From an uncultured Eggerthellaceae bacterium (lineage in GTDB: Bacteria; Actinomycetota; Coriobacteriia; Coriobacteriales; Eggerthellaceae), in contig CALULI010000009.1 of assembly GCA_944321455.1 (NCBI GenBank), positions 2,703 through 66,702 on the forward strand: 64,000 bases of DNA, in the 5' to 3' direction. The translations under genes were made by a program, and so were the position numbers. The first letter of the stretch is position 1. Every line of letters begins with the position of its first letter. The notes beneath the pieces were generated by a model. It worked only from the letters and a program-made list of their open reading frames with translations, did not search any database and was not told the DNA's origin. Shown one piece after another: positions 58,185 through 64,000 of this stretch.

Positions 58185-58452
58185 TTGCATAAAGGGGTAC
58201 TAACAGTGCGGAAGTAAGGTAAGGCAGAATAAGAATAAGCCGCGCGTGTAAAAGACCTACCGCTGCAAAGCACAAGCTCAGCTTTGGGAAATTGGTAACA
58301 TCTTTGCTACTAATTCATGGTTGCTTGGTGGAGGGTTGTGAGCTTTTTGCGCCTACACACTATCTTTCGATAGAATACGATTGAAAAATAAGGCGTGGCA
58401 GGGCCTGAATTTCATTGCATTTGACACCTGCCTTCAATCAAGGGCCATTATC

Positions 58453-59733
58453 ATGACTGACGAACCAAAAGACGCTCAAGCGGAAAACACTAATCCGCAA
58501 TCAACTGATATTGCGCAGAGTGCGCAGGCGCAGCAGCCAGCTGAACAACAGAGTGTGCAGACACAGCAGCAAGGGGCGCAGCAGCAACCTGCTCAACCAC
58601 AACAACCTGCGCAGCAGGCTGTGCCACAGCAGCCACAAGGTCAGCAGCAACAACCACAACAGCCTCAAGGTCAAGCTCAGCAGCAGTGGCAACAGCCACA
58701 ACAAGGTCAGCCTCAAGGTCAATGGCAACAATCACAGCAGGCTCAGCCGTACAACCAAAATCCTCAATATGGCCAAAACACTGCACAGAACGGGCAGAAT
58801 GGTCCAAAAGATTATGAAGAAGACTATTCCATTTTTGGGTATCGTCCTTTGAAATGGAACCAAGAGAAAAGCCCCGATGCTCCTTGGTGGGCTAATCCCT
58901 ATACGTGGGATTCGCTTAAAAAGCGCGAGGCTGAAAGAAAGGGAGAAGTGTACACAGGATCAAACGAATCTGATCAGCAAGAGGGCAATCAGATGAATCA
59001 ACAAGGTGCTAATCAGCAGGGTACTCCTGCACCACAGCAGCCTTATCAGCAACCAGCACAGCCCCAGCAACCAACTGAACAGCAGGGTGCGCAGCCACAG
59101 CAACCAGCTCAGCCTCAGCAACCGGGGGCGCAGCAACCACAGCAACCTCAGGGTCAGTGGCAGCAGCCACAGCAGGGTCAACCCCAGCAACAGTGGCAGC
59201 AGCCACAGCAACCACAAGGTCAGTGGCAACAACCGCAGAACCCTCAGCAGCAGCCGCAGGGTTGGATTCCTCAACAGGCGCAAAATCAGTGGCAGCAACA
59301 GCAGGGTCAGCCACAAGGCCAGTGGCAAAACCCACAGCAGCAGTGGCAGAATCCTCAGGATCCTCAACAGCAATGGCAAAACCCTCAACAACAAGGTCAA
59401 GCTCCTGGTTTTCCTTTCGGCGGATCAGCGGGCAAGCATCAGGATCCCAACGCATCGTTGACTATGGGTCAGCGTGTTATGTGGGGCGCCCTTGGTTTTG
59501 TTGGCGGCATTTTCGGCATGTTGGCTGTATGGTTTATTACGGCTTTCTGGGCACCAAAGCAGCGTCGCCAAGCGGTATGGTCTGCTTGGATTGGCTTTGC
59601 TATTGAAGTAGTTATTATGCTCATTCTTATCAATTCAGGTGCACTGGATAGCATGTTTGGTGCCATGGACATTTCGTCTATGAGTTCTTCTGCTGGTTCA
59701 AGCACTGACGGTGGCAGCAACGCATTTGGCTAA
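58453..59733 (+). CDS. Gln/Pro/Trp-rich low-complexity protein with two C-terminal TM helices
   Basis: Two QQPQ/GQWQQ repeat blocks flank a unique charged/aromatic segment; hydrophobic VMWGALGFVGGIFGMLAVWFITAF and AVWSAWIGFAIEVVIMLILI; own downstream terminator. Confidence 0.8.
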   Translation: MTDEPKDAQAENTNPQSTDIAQSAQAQQPAEQQSVQTQQQGAQQQPAQPQQPAQQAVPQQPQGQQQQPQQPQGQAQQQWQQPQQGQPQGQWQQSQQAQPYNQNPQYGQNTAQNGQNGPKDYEEDYSIFGYRPLKWNQEKSPDAPWWANPYTWDSLKKREAERKGEVYTGSNESDQQEGNQMNQQGANQQGTPAPQQPYQQPAQPQQPTEQQGAQPQQPAQPQQPGAQQPQQPQGQWQQPQQGQPQQQWQQPQQPQGQWQQPQNPQQQPQGWIPQQAQNQWQQQQGQPQGQWQNPQQQWQNPQDPQQQWQNPQQQGQAPGFPFGGSAGKHQDPNASLTMGQRVMWGALGFVGGIFGMLAVWFITAFWAPKQRRQAVWSAWIGFAIEVVIMLILINSGALDSMFGAMDISSMSSSAGSSTDGGSNAFG

Positions 59734-59764
59734 GATGTAGTGCGTTATGAACACAAGAAACTAC

Positions 59765-59803
59765 AAGGATCAATCAGGACACCTTTCTGGTTGGTCCTTT
59801 TTT
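59765..59803 (+). terminator. Rho-independent terminator
   Basis: AAGGATCAATCAGGA...TTCTGGTTGGTCCTT with G-U pairs, followed by a T-run. Confidence 0.7.
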
Positions 59804-59923
59804 TGTTGGTAGGGCGCTGTTTTCAAAACGCGCGGCAAGCGGGTAAGATGTTTGTGGTTAAATGTTAAAAACATCTTATATTCACGTCTTTTGACCTGTT
59901 GATAGTTTTAAGGGGAACCACTT

Positions 59924-62014
59924 ATGACCAACGTCTCCGAAATTTATGGTTCAGAGGTCTTTAACGACCACGTTATGCAGGAGCGCCTTCCTTCTGAAAC
60001 GTACAAGACTCTGAGCAAGACTATTAAAGAAGGCAAGCCTCTCGATATTGACGTTGCTAATGTTGTTGCTCATGCCATGAAGGAATGGGCAATTGAGCAC
60101 GGTGCAACCCATTATACGCATTGGTTCCAGCCTCTTTCAGGTATTACCAGTGAAAAGCATGACAGCTTTTTGAATCCTAAGAGTGATGGCACTGCTATCA
60201 TGACTTTTTCTGGTAAGGAATTAATTCAGGGCGAACCTGACGCATCAAGCTTTCCATCAGGTGGCTTGCGTGCAACCTTTGAGGCGCGCGGCTACACCGC
60301 ATGGGATCCTACTAGCTATGCGTTTATCAAGGCTGAAGTTCTCTGTATTCCTACGGCATTTTGTAGCTATACCGGTGAAGCGCTGGACAAGAAAACGCCG
60401 CTGCTCCGTTCAATGCGTGTTGTTGATGAGCAAGCTCAGCGTGTTTTAAAGTTCTTCGGCGAAGAAGGCCACCGTGTTATGACAACGGTTGGCTCAGAAC
60501 AGGAATACTTCCTCATTTCTGAAAAAGACTACGAAAAGCGCCCTGACCTTATGTGGACAGGCCGCACACTGTTTGGTGCTCCTCCTTGCAAGGGCCAAGA
60601 ACTTGAAGAGCATTACTTTGGTGCTATTCGCCCTACCGTTAACAATTTCATGAAGGAATTGGATGACGATCTGTGGGCGTTGGGCATTTCGGCAAAAACC
60701 AAGCATAACGAAGTTGCTCCTGCGCAGCACGAACTAGCTCCTATCTTTACCAACACCAACCGTGCTATTGACGAAAACCTGCTTACCATGGAAAAGATGC
60801 GCTTGAATGCAACGCATCATGGCTTGGCGTGCTTGCAGCATGAAAAACCATTTGAGGGCATCAATGGCTCGGGTAAGCACAACAACTGGTCACTGTCTTA
60901 CGATAACGTCAATCTGCTTGATCCAGGCGATACACCGATGGACAACTTGCGCTTCTTGGTCTTTTTGACCTGCGTTATTGAAGCGGTTGATGAATACCAA
61001 GAACTCTTGCGCATGAGTGTTGCTTCTGCGGGCAATGACCATCGCTTAGGGGCAAACGAGGCTCCTCCTGCTATCATCTCCATCTTCTTAGGTGATGAAC
61101 TGGGCGCTATTGTGGATGCACTTATTTCGGGCGATGAATATCATTCCGCAGAACGCGTTTCCATGGACTTGGGTGTAGCTGTTTTGCCTAAGTTCTTGAA
61201 GGACAATACTGACCGCAATCGTACCAGCCCCTTTGCTTTCACCGGTAACAAGTTTGAATTCCGTATGCCTGGTTCTACGGTTAACCTGTCGGATTGCAAC
61301 ATGATTCTCAACACGGCAATGGCAAAGAGTTTGAAAGACTTTGCTGATGCTATGGCTGACACCACCAAGGAAACCTTCGAAAAGCAAGCCATTAAATATA
61401 TCAAGAAGACTTTGGCTGATCACCAGCGCATCATCTTTAATGGCGACGGCTATTCAGATGAATGGACGGCTGAAGCTGAGCGCCGCGGTCTTGCCAATCA
61501 TAAGAACACGGCAGAAGCGCTTCCTTGCTTTGTTGACAAAAAATCTATTGATCTGTTTGAGGAATTTGGCGTTCTTTCCGAAACAGAAGTTCGCAGCCGT
61601 TATGAAGTTAAGCTGGATAAATACACAAAGCTGCTCAACATTGAATGCAACGTCATGATTCATATGGCCCGCCGTATGTATCTGCCTGCCATTGGTGATT
61701 ACATGGCCGATGTTGCTAACACGATCAATTCCGTAAAGACTGCTTTGTCTGGGGTAGATATGAGTGAACACGAAAGTGTTCTAAACTACCTGGTCAAGGG
61801 CAATAATGCGGCAGCAGCATGCGTGCGTACCTTGATGAAGGTCCACGATGAAGCCGAAGCTATTGAAGATTTGCAAGAGCAAGCAAACTTTTATGCGGAT
61901 ACGGTTATTCCTGCCATGGATGCCTTGCGTGCTGAAATTGACGCATTAGAGCCAGTTGTGGAAAGCTCGTATTGGCCTGTTCCTTCCTACAACGATATTT
62001 TGTTCTACAACTAA
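59924..62014 (+). CDS. glnA: Glutamine synthetase type III
   Basis: [85 protein letters not shown]; 696 aa. Confidence 0.96.
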   Translation: MTNVSEIYGSEVFNDHVMQERLPSETYKTLSKTIKEGKPLDIDVANVVAHAMKEWAIEHGATHYTHWFQPLSGITSEKHDSFLNPKSDGTAIMTFSGKELIQGEPDASSFPSGGLRATFEARGYTAWDPTSYAFIKAEVLCIPTAFCSYTGEALDKKTPLLRSMRVVDEQAQRVLKFFGEEGHRVMTTVGSEQEYFLISEKDYEKRPDLMWTGRTLFGAPPCKGQELEEHYFGAIRPTVNNFMKELDDDLWALGISAKTKHNEVAPAQHELAPIFTNTNRAIDENLLTMEKMRLNATHHGLACLQHEKPFEGINGSGKHNNWSLSYDNVNLLDPGDTPMDNLRFLVFLTCVIEAVDEYQELLRMSVASAGNDHRLGANEAPPAIISIFLGDELGAIVDALISGDEYHSAERVSMDLGVAVLPKFLKDNTDRNRTSPFAFTGNKFEFRMPGSTVNLSDCNMILNTAMAKSLKDFADAMADTTKETFEKQAIKYIKKTLADHQRIIFNGDGYSDEWTAEAERRGLANHKNTAEALPCFVDKKSIDLFEEFGVLSETEVRSRYEVKLDKYTKLLNIECNVMIHMARRMYLPAIGDYMADVANTINSVKTALSGVDMSEHESVLNYLVKGNNAAAACVRTLMKVHDEAEAIEDLQEQANFYADTVIPAMDALRAEIDALEPVVESSYWPVPSYNDILFYN

Positions 62015-62100
62015 GATGGTTGTTTCGGACAGGTGGGCCTGATCTGCAGCAAGAAAGGTCTTTTCCATAGTTTGGCAACGCACCAAGCAAAACATCTTAC

Positions 62101-62132
62101 AAAGCAGCACTCATCTGAGTGCTGCTTTTTTT
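62101..62132 (+). terminator. Rho-independent terminator
   Basis: AAAGCAGCACTCA-TC-TGAGTGCTGCTTT followed by a T-run. Confidence 0.8.
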
Positions 62133-62286
62133 GTACAGGACGGTAGGATTATCGTGATGAAGAAGGGCTTGTAACATCTTTACAACGGATCCCTGCTTTC
62201 TTTGTGAAAGAGTGGGGACATCTTTGTTCTTTTGCTTAAATAGAGAAGCATTATAAGAGGGGAAATCTTGTTTATATGAGGTAGTA

Positions 62287-63075
62287 ATGCATGCAACATT
62301 AACTAAGCAAACAAAAGAAGAACTTCGTGATGCTGCAGAAACATTTCAGCTCTTTAAAAAGGCAAGCGAGCCTTTGTTTAAGAAATATCGTGCAGCAATC
62401 CTCGATATGAAAACGCGCTTCGAGATTTTAGATGAAGATCTTGAATATCGTTTTAATCGCAATCCTATTCATCATATTGAAACGCGCCTCAAAACGCCTG
62501 AAAGCATTTATGAAAAAATGCAGCGCTACGGTAAACCACTTACACTGAAATCAGTGGAAGAAAACATTCTTGATGTGGCGGGATTGCGCGTCATCGTGTC
62601 CTATATTGACGATGTCTATGCGCTTGTAAAAGTTTTGTCGCTTCACGATGATCTGAAATTCGTCAAAGTTAAAGACTACATTGCAAATCCAAAACCTAAT
62701 GGGTATCGCAGTCTGCATATCATTGTGAAAACGCCTATCTACTTTCTTGATCGCAAGCAGTATGTGCCCGTAGAAATTCAATTTCGCACAATTGCTATGG
62801 ACTTTTGGGCTTCGCTTGAGCACACGCTGAAATACAAGAAGAAAGGCGATGGCAATCTTGAGGGTATTGATATGGAAGATGAACTCAAGAACTGCTCTGA
62901 CATTATCGAAGACGTTGAACGTCGCATGCAAATTTTGATGCATGCTGTTCAGACCAGTGATGTAGAAGAGGCAGCGCGTAAGCGCCGCGAACAGCTGAAA
63001 GAACAGGAAGCACAAGTTGAAGGTGCTGGTTTAGTGCAATCGCAGCCAGATTCATCATCCGCTGAGCACTCGTAA
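62287..63075 (+). CDS. Small alarmone synthetase (RelP/RelQ/YwaC-like GTP pyrophosphokinase)
   Basis: ETRLKTPESI, DVAGLR, KDYIANPKPNGYRSLH, EIQFRTIAMDFWASLEH. Confidence 0.92.
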   Translation: MHATLTKQTKEELRDAAETFQLFKKASEPLFKKYRAAILDMKTRFEILDEDLEYRFNRNPIHHIETRLKTPESIYEKMQRYGKPLTLKSVEENILDVAGLRVIVSYIDDVYALVKVLSLHDDLKFVKVKDYIANPKPNGYRSLHIIVKTPIYFLDRKQYVPVEIQFRTIAMDFWASLEHTLKYKKKGDGNLEGIDMEDELKNCSDIIEDVERRMQILMHAVQTSDVEEAARKRREQLKEQEAQVEGAGLVQSQPDSSSAEHS

Positions 63076-63189
63076 ACGCAATTTTGCGTGGAACTTCGTT
63101 CTAACTCCACCGTAATGGAGTACAATTACCGCAATCAGTTATCGGGAGTTTGCGCTCCGTTCAAACGTGTATATGCGAAAGGAAAGGCA

Positions 63190-64000
63190 ATGGCAGATAT
63201 TCAAGAAGTCGACTATATCTGGAAAAACGGGGAAATGGTTCCATGGGCAGAAGCTACCACTCATGTTTTGACCCATGCTCTCCATTATGGCTCGGGCGTA
63301 TTTGAAGGTGCTCGCTGCTATTACGACGAAGAATCTGGCGACTCTGTCATTTTCCGTCTCCAAGATCATATGGAACGTCTCCATCGCAGCGCAAAAATTG
63401 CCATGATGGAAATTCCTTACACCGCTGAAGAGTTGTGCGACGCTACGGTTGAACTTATTAAAAAGAACAACCTCAAGTCTTGCTACATTCGTCCTTTGGC
63501 TTACTACGGTTATGGTCAGATGGGCGTTGATCCAACAGGCGCTCCTGTGGATGTGATTATTGCTGTATGGCCTTGGGATGCTTACCTTGGTCCAGAGGCT
63601 CTTGAAAATGGCATTAAGGTAGGCGTTTCTTCTTGGCGTCAGCGCTCCTTCAACGCTATTCCTCCTGCCGTTAAGTCTTCTGCTTCTTATATGAATTCTA
63701 TTTTGGCCAAGCTTGAGGCTAAGAGCCATGGCTATGCAGAAGCAGTTATGCTCAACGAATCTGGTCATGTATGCGAAGGCACGGGCGAAAACCTCTTCGT
63801 TGTTCGCAATGGTATTCTTTCTACGCCTCCACTGTCTGATGGTTTGTTGGAAGGCGTTACCCGTGACACTATTTTGACCATTGCTTGTGATCTGGACATT
63901 CCTGCTGTTGAGGAATCCCTCACGCGTTCTGATCTCTACATTGCAGACGAAGTATTTATGACCGGTTCTGCTGCTGAGCTCACACCAGTATCCAGCGTTG
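63190..64000 (+). CDS. ilvE: Branched-chain amino acid aminotransferase (partial, runs off the window edge; absent from the ORF track)
   Basis: Manual translation: MADIQEVDYIWKNGEMVPW..THALHYGSGVFEG..FRLQDHMERL..YIRP..KSSASYMNS..EGTGENLF..LLEGVTR..FMTGSAAE. Confidence 0.95.
   Translation, partial: MADIQEVDYIWKNGEMVPWAEATTHVLTHALHYGSGVFEGARCYYDEESGDSVIFRLQDHMERLHRSAKIAMMEIPYTAEELCDATVELIKKNNLKSCYIRPLAYYGYGQMGVDPTGAPVDVIIAVWPWDAYLGPEALENGIKVGVSSWRQRSFNAIPPAVKSSASYMNSILAKLEAKSHGYAEAVMLNESGHVCEGTGENLFVVRNGILSTPPLSDGLLEGVTRDTILTIACDLDIPAVEESLTRSDLYIADEVFMTGSAAELTPVSSV

Noticed and set aside
58209-58218. CGGAAGTAAG resembling the core of the glutamine (glnA) riboswitch
   Set aside because: The flanking P1 elements (CGTT... 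/ ...GAAGGAACG) are absent, and it is not in front of glnA.
58490-59720. Long Leu/Val/Ala-rich antisense and alternate-frame ORFs over the Gln-rich gene
   Set aside because: They are by-products of CAG/CAA repeats (reverse complement gives CTG/TTG); no RBS or family motifs.
59855-59895. GlnR-like box upstream of glnA(III)
   Set aside because: Only a partial match to either the Firmicute TGTNA-N7-TNACA or the actinobacterial GTNAC-N6-GAAAC pattern.
63139-63768. 209-aa minus-strand ORF in the track
   Set aside because: It is antisense to a clear ilvE on the + strand, which the track missed because it lacks a stop in the window.

Overview
Bacterial chromosomal window. By inference from RplM/RpsI, GSIII and the DUF6541-type membrane protein, it is most like a Coriobacteriia (probably Eggerthellaceae) monoderm. 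Positions 1-26000 are an AT-richer, mosaic surface-polysaccharide island. It holds two ATP-grasp genes plus a VioA-like aminotransferase, a WbpA/B/D/E diacetamido-uronic acid module, a GT56 (WecF-like) transferase, Wzx, several GT2/GT4 enzymes, a GacI/J-like GT2+DUF2304 pair, rmlA/rmlB, a Wzm/Wzt exporter, a DUF4422-GT8 protein and a putative GT-C. The island ends at an orphan higA with only a 9-codon remnant of higB. Positions 26400-64000 are mostly housekeeping genes: transporters, a fitA/vapC TA pair, CoA-related enzymes, tagO/wecA, a degenerate coaX, rplM-rpsI, a Gln/Pro/Trp-rich membrane protein, GSIII, a small alarmone synthetase and a partial ilvE. The most unusual signal is the Wzt ATPase, which carries three CWB2 cell-wall-binding repeats in place of the usual Wzt C-terminal carbohydrate-binding module. 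No CRISPR array, rRNA, tRNA or transposase was recognised. All family assignments come from motif recognition by eye; no database search was run.
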